Part shown: in pieces, positions 26,633 through 40,089 of the stretch
How the letters are laid out: every line of letters begins with the position of its first letter
How positions within the stretch are numbered: the first letter of the stretch is position 1
Origin: Chrysomallon squamiferum
Taxonomy: Eukaryota > Animalia > Mollusca
Assembly: GCA_012295275.1 (NCBI GenBank)
Contig: CM022679.1
Location: 9,238,001 to 9,302,000 of the forward strand
Direction of reading: 5' to 3'
DNA: 64,000 nucleotides
Position numbers and translations under genes: made by a program
Notes under the pieces: generated by a model
The model's database searches: none
The model's input: the letters and a program-made list of their open reading frames with translations, nothing else
What the model was told of the DNA's origin: nothing

Positions 26633-26754
26633 CAGAAACTATTTCATTTCATGATAACAACATTACTGACACAGCAACATTTCTGGAAGCATTCCGACAG
26701 AAAGTGAAAAAGGTACAAGAGAGTGTGTTTTGGCTCAGTATCCAGTGCAGATAA
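7413..26754 (+). CDS. CARD-coiled-coil-SH3-GUK protein (CARMA/CARD11/CARD9-family-like scaffold), ~777-862 aa
   Basis: Phase-consistent GT-AG exons: 7413-7584, 9123-9251, 9741-9886, 10329-10431, 11205-11363, 12234-12319, 12720-12869, 13817-13942, 14627-14782, 15197-15287, (16586-16840), 19502-19622, 20303-20364, 20740-20791, 21397-21567, 22103-22194, 22752-22784, 23243-23347, 23725-23762, 24422-24537, 25522-25628, 26636-26754. CARD: ENRFTLVSKIKAEVFLDYMRSNHYLDQEDCETI...RQKAGEFINILQTKGPDAFNVFMDLLEWEYPHVF. About 300 aa of heptad coiled coil follows. SH3: MFIRSKVSYD...VKEGDILFV...KGTIPN. GUK entry: VPYEVVLP...IPVIVFG. C-terminus QKVKKVQESVFWL resembles the MAGUK 'EQ.K.IWV' end. Confidence 0.88.
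8384..9143 (+). repeat. 39-bp tandem array (~19 copies) that duplicates the intron/exon junction of CARD exon 2
   Basis: Unit is approximately TGTTATTATTTCCAG|GTGAATTTATTAATATTCTGCTGG. The last copy is the true acceptor plus exon start (GEFINIL). Confidence 0.93.
9612..9740 (+). repeat. Two ~69-bp direct copies of the intron 3' end before CARD-gene exon 3
   Basis: AATCCATTAGAT...TTTTGACTG[T/C]GATATTGAAATAATTC occurs twice. The second copy ends in the acceptor AG at 9739-9740. Confidence 0.8.
12905..13290 (+). repeat. Degenerate ~55-60-bp minisatellite
   Basis: Recurring AATAATAA..CTTTATTTTCTGAAGATTTCATAATCTATACTCTG, about 6-7 copies, immediately after a donor site. Confidence 0.75.
13590..13810. 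repeat. Degenerate (TTA/TTG)n microsatellite, representative of many simple repeats in the window
   Basis: Visible trinucleotide runs. Similar (TTA)n, (CA)n, (GA)n and (TA)n tracts occur at ~2620, 3967, 7163, 19160, 37667, 38171, 43430, 52107 and 53006. Confidence 0.9.
15541..15957 (+). repeat. ~31-bp minisatellite
   Basis: Unit TGTCTTTTATGAATCATTTCTCAGATTTCTT, about 13 copies. Confidence 0.88.
16586..16950 (+). CDS. Linker exon or alternative terminal exon of the CARD gene (would give a ~560-aa CARD-CC-only isoform)
   Basis: A phase-1 acceptor TTTCAG at 16585 is in frame with the upstream exon. The frame stays open to TGA at 16948-16950. An internal phase-1 donor GAAG|GTCAGG at 16840/16841 is compatible with the exon at 19502. 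Confidence 0.6.
17150..18110 (+). repeat. Higher-order minisatellite (~40-bp subunits paired into ~83-bp units, decaying to the right)
   Basis: GTAGTCAACTAATAATCATAATTATGAAGTCAGCTTG alternates with TATGTCAATAATTATAATTATATAGTCATTTATTATGT. Confidence 0.85.
25025..25330 (+). repeat. ~29-bp minisatellite
   Basis: Unit TATCATTTGTGAAAATAACCTTTGACA, about 10 copies. Confidence 0.85.
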
Positions 26755-29700
26755 CTCTGATCTGTTTTTGTTAAAGTTACAAACGTTTTATGAAACCGGT
26801 GACTCAGTCACTGAGGAATGGCTATTTCTTTCTGCCTGGAATTGATCTTGAAATACAAATGAAAAAAAAAAAAAGTGTGTGTGTGTGGGTCTGTCTGTCT
26901 GTCGCTCTCTCTCAATATATATATCCCAATTAATTAATGAAAACTGAAACCGTATACAAACAGTTTGATTTTTACATCAGTATCATTTTAAAAAGACTCC
27001 TAAAATTACACCTGCAGACTGCCACAAATTCTGAATTGACTTCAGTGGTCAGATCACATTCAAAAAGTGATCAACAACAACAACAAAATAATAAATAAAG
27101 TATAGACAACAGAGTTCATATAACAGCTTATCGGAACATAAGTCAGAGATCTAAGGATGTCTCTAGATAACAGAATACGCTGTCACAAGACTTGTCAGGA
27201 TTTCAACATTAAAAAAAAAAAATAGAAAACCGGATTCGAGGAAATGAAAATATATGTTTTCTGATGATGTCGTTGTAATTACTTGTTAGCAGAAGTGAAA
27301 TATAAATCATTCAGCTAAATAACATTATAACATACAAAGATAGGGAAAGTATCATAACAAACAAACGTAGAGAAACTATCAGATTATATAACACAGAATT
27401 GTTATATTAAACATTCTGTGGTAGAGTGGGGGTTTTTGGAGGGAGGAGGATATTTATTTTTGTTTGATTTTTCTAAAATATTTTTTAAAAACATTTTAAA
27501 ATAGGAGCACGTCAAATCTGCTTGATTTGAATTCGAACAGGCGCACATGTTAGCTTAAAAAATAACAGCCATATCAGTGGATTTTGTTGTCTCAAATATT
27601 TCTTAAATCATTATTCTGTAGCAGGGATTTTTCCTGTTTTAATATTCATACCGACATTTTTGGTATGAATATTTGCTTTGCATAACAGGGTAATTCAAAG
27701 ATTAATTTTTTTTATGATTTAGCAGTCAGATTAAAAAAAAAAAAAAAAAAAAAAAGATAAAATGAAAAAAATAGGTGATACATTGAGGTAACAGGCTGTA
27801 AGAAATAATATAGAGATCTACATCTTTGTTATTAACTTACTTTTAAAACTCTGAATTACTGTTTGTAGTTTGCTGTGATCTGAATTTTAATATTTTCTAA
27901 CTTGACATTTTGAGTGTTTGCTTAGTACAGAAACACAGAACTTATGTCTCATAATTCTATCATTTACTGAACACACATCAAACAAACCTTACGTGACTCC
28001 TATTTCCATATGTGTTTGTGTGAGTGACTGTGTGTGTGAGAGAGAGAGAGAGAGAGAGTATACTGAGAGAATAAAAAATGAGAATTAAGAAGGGGAGTGA
28101 GGTAAAGAGAAAATAAAAAGATCTGCAGACTGACTAATGAAAAAGGAATATTACTACATGACAGAAATATAAAGTTATTAGAGAAAAAAAAGAAAGACAG
28201 AGGGAGAAAGGGATTGATAGATGTGCAAAATTTTGAAACATTAATTTGTCATTGAATTTCTGTCACTTTTGTCAGGTCTATATTTTTCCAGCCATTTCTA
28301 TTCACATTGTTAACTTCTTTGATTACAATTGTCTCCCGTTTTCATTTGCCGTAGTGGTCTCTGTTATTTTATACATTTTCGAAAAATTAAAACAATTGTT
28401 CTTATTTTGATTTTACCAGTGCTGGGGCATTCCAAAATGTTTTCCAGGCAACAACAAATAAATAAATAAATATTATAAAAAAAAAAAAAAAAATAAAAAT
28501 GGAATATGACCATAAATTATTGTTTGAAATTTCTTTTATCAGGTATTTTTGTAATCCATGACTAAAAAAAAAATGAATGGCATTGTTTTGTTTACTGATA
28601 GTGGCACTGTTTGCTTTTCAATACAATTGCATATTTTTGGTTTGATTTTTCAAAACAAATAATATCTTGAGATATTTTTATTAATAAAAAAATATTTTCT
28701 GAGTGTGAGTGTGTGTTATTTTTATCAATACATTGTTTAACAAGCCTGTCTGAAGAAATTCAATCCAAGATTGAAAATTATTATTATTTCTAAAAAAAAA
28801 AAAAAAACCCCTGTGATGTAATGTTTAAGATGATAGTTACATAAATTACTAAGTCATTGAAAATCATTGTCTACTATTACTGAATAGCAGAAAAACAAAT
28901 ACACTGTATACATACCCAAAGGCTGCAATTACTCTCTCAACTTCTCATGTTTAATGTATACTAGTACATGTTATCAGGGATGATGAATGACATTTTATTA
29001 TTATTTTATGTAATGACAATCTGAAAGATCAAATTCACTTTTGCTGCTTCGTGGAGTCGTGAAAATATTCACAACAGGTTTTCATTGTAATCTGTGATGT
29101 AAGCATCTTAAACTTTAACACACTTTAATGTCATATTCATGAGCTGGGCAACCCAGAGAGGTGGGGCAGCAAGATCCGAAAGATGAAGTCCTAAAGAACT
29201 GCAAATGTTTTATTTACTTTGTAAAGCTATACACGACTAGCTTAAACTATTTCTCTTTAATGTTATTACATCCAAGGAAAATATTCTAAATAGCTGCAGC
29301 AGAATTTTTAATTTTTTTTTTTTTAAATTGGTTGCCAAGATGTTTCACTTGTCATAAACCACAGATTTAGTGTTAAACCTTTTCTTTCTTGTAGGTATTG
29401 AGAAGCAATTCTATTAAGACATTTACAGGCTAAAATCACTTTTTGATTTAAAGTGTTAGTAGCAAAAATAGTTTCATAGTCAGATAAGCACAAAGTAAAC
29501 TAATTTATACAGAATGTATAATGACCAGCAACTGACCAGATATGGACTATATCTGGAACTGGAAATGTTTTAACAAGTGTATCAATGAGAACAGATCCCC
29601 CAATGCATTATGCCTTGGGCAAATAAGTTAACCCACTGAAATAAACAGCTGTTTCACTAATATAGAATTAATATTTTTACAATGCTAATGAGACATTTAT

Positions 29701-31219
29701 AACAACAACAAGTTTTTTCACTGGTAGCTTTGATTAAATGAAAGACAAACAAAGAGCAAAACTGAGTCTTTATTTAAAAAAAAAAAAACAACAGTGAAAA
29801 GTTGATATAAATTTGCATATTACAGTGAGAAAGACAGATAATGATTTACCGGTGTGAATAATAATCTAAAATAATATATAATCAATACAAAGTAAGTAGG
29901 TTATAAATAATAATGATGACAAGGCCCAGCTTGATTTGTACAACAGTCAAATGAAATGAAACAAATTATTTTCAAACAAATTTTGTTTGTTTACCCTTCA
30001 GGAGATCGCTAAAGACTGAAATGGCTTCTTTATCATTCAGACTACTACAAGATAAGAAGATAACAGAAAACAAATTTATATTTACATACACAAAATACCT
30101 CAAATCATTTTTAACCCCAAGCCACTGTATTTAAAAAAAATAAATAAATAAAAAATGATGAAAATAAACGTTTTAATAGTTCCAGAAAAATCTCTCTAAA
30201 TAGTTAAAAAATCCTGATTCATCTTGAAGATAAAAATCTTCACCCATTTGTATAGGAGAAACAATTCTTGAAAATAACGACTGATTTTGTTTTAGGTGAA
30301 ATACGTATCAACACTGAAATGCTGTTTATTTTAAAATGGCTGTTGCTATTAATAATTAAGTATCGCTATTAAAAATTTAAATAATCCAAATAAATATTCA
30401 AAAAAACAATAACTTGTGACCCTTTTCTTAATAAAGTGACTTAATCTTTCTCTTGTCTTTTCACATCTTACAAGTTTTTACCCAGAGTAAAAAAACAAAC
30501 ATTATTTGACAGTTTAATAATCATAATAATAATTTTAAAAAAGGCTTTCTTTAAAAATATATTCTAAAGCTCAATGCAGGTACAAATTATTTTCACTGTT
30601 TGAACTGCAGCCTTTTCCCTTATTTCCGAACATACACTAAATTAATTTAATTAGGTTTTTAGTGCCAAGACATTTAAGTGGTATAAAAATCTCTGAAAAG
30701 ACTGGAGTTCAAAATACACATTACAGATGTAATCAGTTTGGAAAGTAGCTGAAATGAGAGAGAAAAAAAAATAAAACAAAATAAAAAAGATGATGCTATT
30801 TTAAAGTCACAAAAGAAAAAAAAAATAATAGAAATTGAATTAATGCCATTTATGAATCAGCTGACTTCAGTTTAGAATCTCAGGCAGAGGGTCTTATGTG
30901 AGCATTTTATTAATATCAATCTGCTATTATAAATAAATAAATAAATAAATAAATATATATAAATATATAAATAAATAAATAAATAAATATATAAATATCA
31001 AAGATTAATTTACAAGAATCTAACCTTCACTCTTACGTTAAAAATTCAATCTACAATTATTACACACACACATTGTTTTCTTGTTACTCTGTGAATAAGA
31101 TTTAGTTTTTTTATCTATGAGCACCATGTCATTGGTGAACAGATTAAAAATCTGAAAAAAAAGAAGTAAAAAATCTCTATTTAAATAGGCATCTGGTTTT
31201 GCATTGTGAATATTCTCCT

Positions 31220-32008
31220 TTATTTCTGCTTTGTGATCTTCATCAAGAGATTCAGTGCTGCTGGACCATTGTCTGCAGGCACCTGAAATTACAAACACAG
31301 AATTAAAATTATCATAATTCAGTTATTAATGTATGTGAACTTTTATTTCTTTCTTTGTGCTTGTGTTTGTGTGCACGTTATATATATGTATGTATGTATG
31401 TATGTATTATGTATGTATTTATGTGTGAGTGTGTGTATTTTTGACATTTATCTGTGTATATTTTACATAACCTTTTCACGATTTTTATATGCTTGGGGGC
31501 TGGAGGTGACATTTACAGCATACACATTTATTCTCCACGTTTTTCTTCAGAAAACCAAAATAGTTACTGTACTTGACAAAACTGGTCTAAAACCCCCCAG
31601 AGAACAAACATTTCTAGAATTTTCTACAAACGTATAAATAAGGCTGGTTCATGTACCATGTGGCCTGCACTGAGAATCCAGTAGAAAGAAAAGTTTTTTG
31701 CTTTCTTTACGTAGCCTGTATTTACAGCGCCCATCTTCATCTCCTCTCTTGCAGCCCTGCGGAACTTATCTGCCACGTTGAGCCTGTAAACCCAAGCCTC
31801 GGTACCTGAAATTAAAAAAAGCATGTAAGTGTCTGTATTACTAGCACATTTAATTAGTCGTAACTGAGCATAATTTGTATGATTAATTTTTTTTTGTTTT
31901 AAATGTGTGGATGATACCATGTACAGGTTTTGTGAAAATTTATCAGAAAGGACTAAAAATAATAATAATAAAAATAAATAAATAAATAAATATAAATAAA
32001 TAATAATA

Positions 32009-32059
<51 letters not shown>

Positions 32060-34528
32060 TAATAATAATAATATATTCTGATTATGTTAGAGTTGTGAGA
32101 GGTAATAATTACTTTAAAAACCAAAAAAAAAAAAAAAAAAAAAAAACGGTTAATTTAAGTGATTTTAATAATACTAAACTGTATAAAAAACTAAAAGGGA
32201 TTAAAAACACAAATATTTAATGGATTCTTGATGAAAACAAAAATATCTGGTCTATTACAGATAGATAAATTTCAAATCTTACCCATAGTATCAACTATCA
32301 GATCCAGCTGACCACTGTACACCACAACTGACAAAGGTGTTCTCTCAATGAGGTCATTCACTGAAATTAAATACAGACCATTATTTAAATATATTATATT
32401 GTATCATCCATTGAAATATGAAATAGACTATCATTTAAATATTTACTGGTATTATGATATCATCCTCTGAAATATAAAATGGACTATCATTTAAATGTAT
32501 AAAACAACTCTCCAGAAGACGATATATGGCACAAGAAGTGATCTACAGAGAACAGAATCATTCAGTCACTGCTGGACTTGAAGAGTAATCAACAAGACAT
32601 TAAAAAAATATATATTCTAGTATTATGAGATCATCCAGTGAAATATAAAATTACCATTCAAATATATTCTGTTGTCTAGAGAGTATTAATAAAAGATACA
32701 AAACATTTGTTATTATTAATAAGAACAAAACTGATACTTTTAGTTAATTACTGCTTACACCATTGATGTTAATGATTTATTAGACTGATTTAAAATAATA
32801 TATATTTAAAGATGGATAAACAGCTTATGTTGTCAACATGCAAGTTTAAGCATAACGGTGAAAATTTATAACAATATCAGTATTTGATTTTAACAGATAT
32901 CAGATGTCAACAGTTGTAGAACATGATAATGTGAAAAAGGAATCCCTGCTACCTCCACATAGACTACTCTTTTATCAGTGAGTAGCAAACAGTCTTTTAT
33001 TTCCATCTTTTCAAGAAATATTTTCAAGAATTAGCTATGGACAATTCCAAAACCACAAAACAGGAGAAATAACTCCAATAATAAACTGAGAAGTGTTAAT
33101 GATGTGGTTTATCGTGCTCAGATCAGAAATTCAACATGGCACAATGTTATCTGCATTTTGATTCATTTCTATAGAATATTCCTTTCTTAACTGCATTTTA
33201 ATAGGAGACATTTCTGAAACATTATAAGAGAATCTTTGAGTGATAATATCCTTACCTATGTCAGTGACCGGTTTCATGAAATCCTTTTTCTGGTAGACAA
33301 ATACCATACTTGACTGACCTGGCAACAAAGACAAAACAACAATTTAAAAAAAAAAACACAAAAAACAAAGAAATATACAGAACAATAAACTGAAATACGT
33401 CTTTGCAGATGTCACACACATTTTCAAAGTAATCTACATTAAATGATCCCTAAGGTTAAAAATGTATAATCTTTATATAGAGATAGAATAATAATAATAA
33501 TAATAATAATAAGCCAGCCACATGTAGAATGAATTTTCAAACCAGAATAACAAGACAAGTTCATATTTTGTACCTCCCCAGGTGACATTTTTTGGAATAA
33601 TCTTCAGCTTGTCTCTGATTGGTCCATTCATCAGTGCAGCAAGATCTGCATTCTGTAATGGCAGAACATGTCGTGCATAGAGTTTGTCTGTAAAAGAGAA
33701 AATAAAAAATATTTAAAAAAAAAAATTAGAATTCAACATTAAAATAGAAAAACATTTGGCTTCTTACAAAATTAATCAGATTATTGTTGAGTTTTTAAAT
33801 TCACTAACTGCAACCATTTAAATGGGAAAATTAGAAAATGAGATGAGAAAGAGAGAGGAAGCAAGATACAAAGAGGGATACAGACAGCCAAACAGAGAGA
33901 GAGAGAGAGAGAGAGAGAATACTGAGGGGTAAAAAATAAGAGAATTGTTGAGAAAATAGAGTATTTTCAGAAAACAAAATAAAATTAGAATTAAAAAGAA
34001 GACAGAGACAGAAGAGAATGAAATGTGCAGACTGACAAATTAATTAAGAATAAATATTAACACACGAATCACATTACGTGACTCCTCACCAATGATACTG
34101 AGCTGTTTATCCTTTGCTACTTTTATGCTTTCGGGACCTGCCCACTTGAGGATGTTGTAGAAATTCACACCGTACGTCGTTGACTCCACAACATCCTCTG
34201 TTTTCCCCCACTCATACGTAGCTTTGGTCCACTCCCCCTGCTGCACATACTTTGCTGTCTTCAAAGCAGATGCATTCACCAAATCTCGCCCAAATTGGTC
34301 GACTAAAGACTGAAAACAAAATGTTAACAGATGGATAAATGTAATATTGACTGCATTATAATAATACACTATAGAAAATCCTTAGCTTTAAAACAGATTA
34401 TTAACTGTTTAATCTGTCTTTATACCAGTGAATGTAATGAAACTGGAATTTTGTTGAAATTAGCAGATTAAAAAAAAAAAAAACTTTTTTTAATTAAAAT
34501 ATGAAAGTGAAAACAACAAATTTTTAAA

Positions 34529-34561
<33 letters not shown>

Positions 34562-37326
34562 TAATGACATACCTTCTTGGATTTGTTTTAAATCACAAGC
34601 TTTAAAAATAAGTTATCTTCCTACAATATTAAATTCACGTACAAGAAACAGTTCAGAGATTAATTATGAAAACATACATTGACGTAGAGATATTGTGCCC
34701 AGGTGAGAACTGAATCAACTGGAGAAATCCAAGAATCTCCCATAGCCAATCCTTTGAAATTACAGTTCACTTCTCCCTGCTCAACTGCCTGCAAACAGCA
34801 AATAAATCATGCATGGGAATTAAGAACACAAGTCTGAATTAAGAATACATTCAAATTAAGGGAAAATATGTTAATTATGGACACGTCTTTGAATGAAGGT
34901 TACGTTTTTAAATTAAGGATATATTGTTGAATTGAGGTTACACATTTAAATTAAGGATATATGTTTGAATTAAGGTTGCACGTTTAAATTAAGAATGTGT
35001 TTTTTAATTAAGGATATAAGTTTGAATTAAGAATATATGTTTGAATTAAGGTTGCACGTTTAAATTAAGAATGTGTTTTTTAATTAAGGATATATGTTTG
35101 AATTAAGGATATAAGTTTGAATTAAGAATATATGCTTAAATTAAGGTTACATATTTAAATTAAGGATATATGTTTGAAATAAAGATTCAAAGTCAAGACA
35201 AATTCTTCTTCAATTCAGTTTGTTTTGTACATTACATGGTTAGTAAGTTGAAAAGAAGCAAATGGTATTTTATTTATATTTGTTTAATTATATATTATTT
35301 TTATCATGCCAACAGGAAATAACTTACAGTGTAGAGAACTTGTGAAAAGGCAGCTGTCATTTTACCTCCATAGGATTCGGAGAAAATATAAAAAGGTATT
35401 TTCTGAAAACAATGGAAATAATATTAGCTTTAGTTTGTTATGTACATAGGTTTTACTTTATTACAAGCAAAAATTTACATTTTATATATTAACAATCCTT
35501 TCCAGGATCATTTTATTTTTGTATCAATTTGAACCCTTCTCAAGTATCAACATTAGTTTGTTTTTAACATACTAACATTTATCTCCCAGACTGTTTTACT
35601 TTTTCATTCTACACAATTATATCATCCAGTTCAGATAATTATAAAGAAATTATTAAAGTATAAAAAGTTACAATATTTTCCTAACTCCTAAAGAATGCAT
35701 CCATGTTAAATTTTGTTTAACACCTACGACTTAGAAATGAAAAATGTTAGTAAACAGATGCACGAAAAAAGTAAATATTTAGTTTCATGAATAAAATATT
35801 TAGTTCCCTGAATAAAGTAAATATTTAGTTTCATGAATAAAGCTAATGAATATTTGGACTGAAGACTGAGGATTAAAACTGAAATAATGAATTTTATTAA
35901 AGATATGAATTTAAGTGAGATCAGTTTAATTACGTGAGATTAATTTTTATTAAAGATAAGAACTTTGGTGAGGATCAGTTGTTTGAAATTTGTTTCAAAT
36001 AAAAAGTACCTGAAAATGTGGAGAATTTTTCAAAAACTGTTTAAACAGTGTAAGCAAATCCTGAGCAATTTGAGCAACATCAGTCGTGTAAGCAGAATCT
36101 TTGTCAACGTAACTGTAACCAGTCCCCACTGGATTGTCAACAAACAGCAGACTGGCAACCTTCAGCTGAAAGCACACAAAAACAATCAATATACACAGGT
36201 TGAGGATCCATTATTTGAAATTCCAAAATCTGAAACTTTTTCCAAGCAGCAGAAATGATAACTACTTACAATTTTTTGCTTGTAAAAACAGCATTTTCAT
36301 GCACAAAATTATTAAAAATATTATTTTTAAAAATCCTGCACACTATTTGTGTAAGCTGTATACGAAAAAAAAAAAAAAAAAGGAATTCATATTTAGATGT
36401 TGATTCTGTTCACACTTTTAATAAATTACCTAAAGCACACAGTTAATTTTTAAATTTATTATAACTCAGTAATGAACAATACTTTTACACAGGATTATGT
36501 ACATTATGTATAAATACAAGAAACAAAAGGTTATATAAAAATTATACATCTGAATATCTACCCACACAGACTTTAATTTTGGATTTTCAATTAGTTGTTT
36601 TCACTTTACATTCTTAAATTTTATAAATCGTGTTTTGGGTGTAGACAATTTTAAGCAAGCTTTAATTTTTTTTATATTTTATGAGTCTGGTTTTTAATTT
36701 ATTTAATATTTATCACACTTTAATATTTTCATATTCAACCATTTTTTTTTTTTTTTGGGAATGCGAAATTTTCTAGCATGTAAATCATATGGACAGCTAA
36801 TTTTTTCAGTGTTTTCTGATCAATGCATGTGTGACACTGTTAACTCATTTTTAATTAAAATATTTTTGTACCCATGTTGTGTCTCTAGGCTGCAGGTTCA
36901 CATTAAGAGGACCAATTTCTTCAAAATTTCCAAAACCTGTCGATGATCCACCTGGTCCTCCCTGCAAAATAACAATTTTTTTTTTTCTTTATTAATTGTT
37001 ATGAGGTTCATTTACTACGTAATTATATTCATCATACAAACAAAGAGAAAATTATATACTACATAAATATATGCATCATAGAAAAAAAAGACAGAGGTGC
37101 TATGTGGTTATATTTTATACTTTTCAAGATAATTGTCAGCTAAAACAGATTTACCTGCAGCCACATGACAAGAGGTGCTGACTTGTAATTCTCTGTCTCA
37201 TAAAGCCAGTAGAACATGTGTGCGTCTGGCCGAACATTCACATACGCCCACTGCTGGTCTCCCTCGCCTTGTTTTCTGTAGTGCATTTTCTTCTCTGAAA
37301 TAAAGAGGCAGACGTCAGATTTTGTG

Positions 37327-37363
<37 letters not shown>

Positions 37364-37422
37364 AAGAGATTATTATTTATTCTTAATAAAATGGCAGACT
37401 ACATTTACTTCATTAATATTTG

Positions 37423-37453
<31 letters not shown>

Positions 37454-37665
37454 CCTCTGGATAATTATAATGATAAGATTGATTATAAAATTTTAGAAAC
37501 TGAAATTTAAGTAAATGACTTATGGTAACAAAATAAATAAATATTTATTTATCAAACTTCTGACAAGAAAAATTCAAATAACAGAAAATATGCAGCTGTT
37601 GCTATTGAATATTTCTGCTATATGTCACACTAAATATCAGTTTTAACTAATTAACTTATTTAATA

Positions 37666-37722
<57 letters not shown>

Positions 37723-37892
37723 AGAAATATTCAGTGGCACAGTAAGTTGTAATAGTCAGTGGTAAACAAAAATAAATGAATCATTGAATGAAGAAAGAAA
37801 CGATCAAAAATGTAGTACAAACCTGTTTTAGGTACATGCTGAGACGCAGCAACAACAACGACTAAGCATATATAAATAATGATGCCTGTCAT
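31220..37892 (-). CDS. SCPEP1: Retinoid-inducible serine carboxypeptidase (peptidase S10), 442 aa with signal peptide
   Basis: Twelve phase-consistent exons: 37892-37823, 37294-37155, 36961-36872, 36165-36010, 35402-35328, 34788-34678, 34309-34090, 33687-33574, 33318-33256, 32360-32283, 31805-31657, 31282-31220. Motifs: AHMFYWLY, PLVMWLQGGPGGSSTGFGNFEEIGP, LLFVDNPVGTGYSYV, catalytic Ser in IFSESYGGK, Asp in GQLDLIV, His in AGHMVP. Confidence 0.97.
32361..32500 (-). repeat. ~55-bp degenerate repeats duplicating the acceptor region of SCPEP1 exon 10
   Basis: CTGAAAT.....A.AGAC.AT.ATTTAAAT....ATCATCC occurs about 3 times starting at the acceptor. A fourth copy lies near 32620-32670. Confidence 0.6.
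34815..35185. repeat. ~20-bp minisatellite in a SCPEP1 intron
   Basis: Unit TGTTTGAATTAAGGATATA / CGTTTAAATTAAGAAT, about 18 copies. Confidence 0.85.
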
Positions 37893-38168
37893 ATTTTATT
37901 TTGTTTGTAATGTAGTAAAAAGTATCGGATAACACTACCACCAAACACAATCGTCAAACCAAGTTAAAGCATGTGACAATGCTAGTTGCCCGCCCCTTCC
38001 GAGTCATGTGATAATCTAATTTTAGACAACATTCTTCTTATGTATTTTCTTAAAAAAAACCGTAAGCTCTCATAAAAAACTAAATTGGTTAATTAAAATA
38101 ATTATACTTCTAGTTTAATATAACCGTAGAGATTATGAAGAAATAAATCTCTGAGTAATTCCAGACAC

Positions 38169-38203
<35 letters not shown>

Positions 38204-38209
38204 TATTAA

Positions 38210-38264
<55 letters not shown>

Positions 38265-38332
38265 TTCAGTTTATACATGTAAAGACATAAATTAATGCAT
38301 TTGTACAAGAATAAAGGTAGTCAACTGTTATT

Positions 38333-38363
<31 letters not shown>

Positions 38364-39420
38364 CTACTACTAATACTATTGTTATTGTTTTTGTTATTAT
38401 TAGATCTATTATTGTTGTTATTATTACTTATTAATTGTATTATTATTACTATTATTGTTCCCATTATTTGTATGTGGTTATGTTATTTAGCTCTTGAACG
38501 GTATGGCTGATTATATCGAACTGCGTTTAAATACATTTCTGTATCAGTATTTCAAATAAAATAATAAAAGTAATTACAGATTATACAAAGCATAACCTGT
38601 TAGACCACTGTAACTGACGCCTCTGTTATTGTCATTTTACATTACAGTATTTGTTAATATGTCATTTTCTGAGTGCATTGTGTAACCAGCACTGTTTGGG
38701 TACTTTTGGTATTGATGTTACTATTTCTTCTTCTTCTTCTTCTTCTTCTTCTTTCAGTTTTATATATTAACAAATGAAATACACTTTTAAACATTTTATT
38801 TTCTATGTTAAAAACTTTTGTTATTTGAACGTCAAAACTGGTCTATTTTCAAAAATAAACTTCATCTGAAAATAAACAAAATGCAAACTGAACCCATTTC
38901 AGGACAAGAACGGCTTAAAATTCTTAAGTAAGAAATTTGTTCTGATAACTGCATCACTCCTGGTTGATTCTGATTGGAACTGTCTCACGGTATTTCAATG
39001 TTAGACTTTATAAGGTAATATCTAGAACTAATATTGAAAAGAAAAAGTAAGAAATAGAACAAGAAGAAGAAGAAAAAAAAAAGAAAGAAAAAGGTAACAT
39101 GGAAAAAAATAAGAAAAAGACATCGGACCATCATGTATGGATGGAGAGATCATATAAAAATGATACTGATGACGTTAATAAAAACAGTCCTAGGAACAAC
39201 ATCGATTTTCCTTATCTTTACACTATTACATTTGATAATGGAAGATAATTCACAACAGAGTCAATCCACTAGCCTCAGACACGGGTTATCTCGCTTGCTT
39301 GTACTTGAACACACAAGTATAAGGCCTCTTTCACTTGAGTGTATTTAATAAGTTTAAATTGTCCGCTCTGAAACAAATTTAGGTTTTAACAAATAATAAT
39401 TAAAAAATAAATAAATAAAA

Positions 39421-39453
<33 letters not shown>

Positions 39454-40089
39454 AAAGAATACTAAGTGCACAAGCTGTTATCCCCACACCTTCCTTTTCG
39501 AAAAGTAATATCAGTTCCCATAATGGAAATATAAAAAAATATTTTCTCTGTATTTACTGTTCTCTTAAATAAAAACAACAACGAGTCATTCTTTGTATAA
39601 ATTTGTTTTAATTCGGTAACAAAACATCATTCACGTTATTATTTATTATGTCTCTCCTTTGAGAATATTTTCTAGGGTAAATTTTGTACACGTGTTACTC
39701 TTTGGGTAATTTAAAATCTATATTTTCGTAATAATGTTTCTAATCATATCAATGAGTTTGCTTCATTTTTAATCAATTAAAAACAATCAGACATTAGTAT
39801 AACTGTTATACAAACAAAACTTACAGAATTAGTTTCAACAAGACCAGAAACGTACAGTTTTCTTCTGAAAATTTTAATATCTAGATAATTTTTTATTTGA
39901 AAATAATTAACACACAAAAAAAAAAAAATAAAAATAAAAATAAAAATAAAAATCCATTAATAGAGAACAATTTCCAAACTTCACGTTTTTGTTTCGTTTT
40001 GTTTGCATTGTTTATTAATTTATAAAATAAATCTCAACAAACATTTATAAAAAAATACAAAAACATTAACAAATTTTATTCTATTAAGT

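Noticed and set aside
38171-38262. (AAT)n followed by (ATT)n forming a long hairpin
   Set aside because: These are juxtaposed microsatellites, common in this genome, with no evidence of function.
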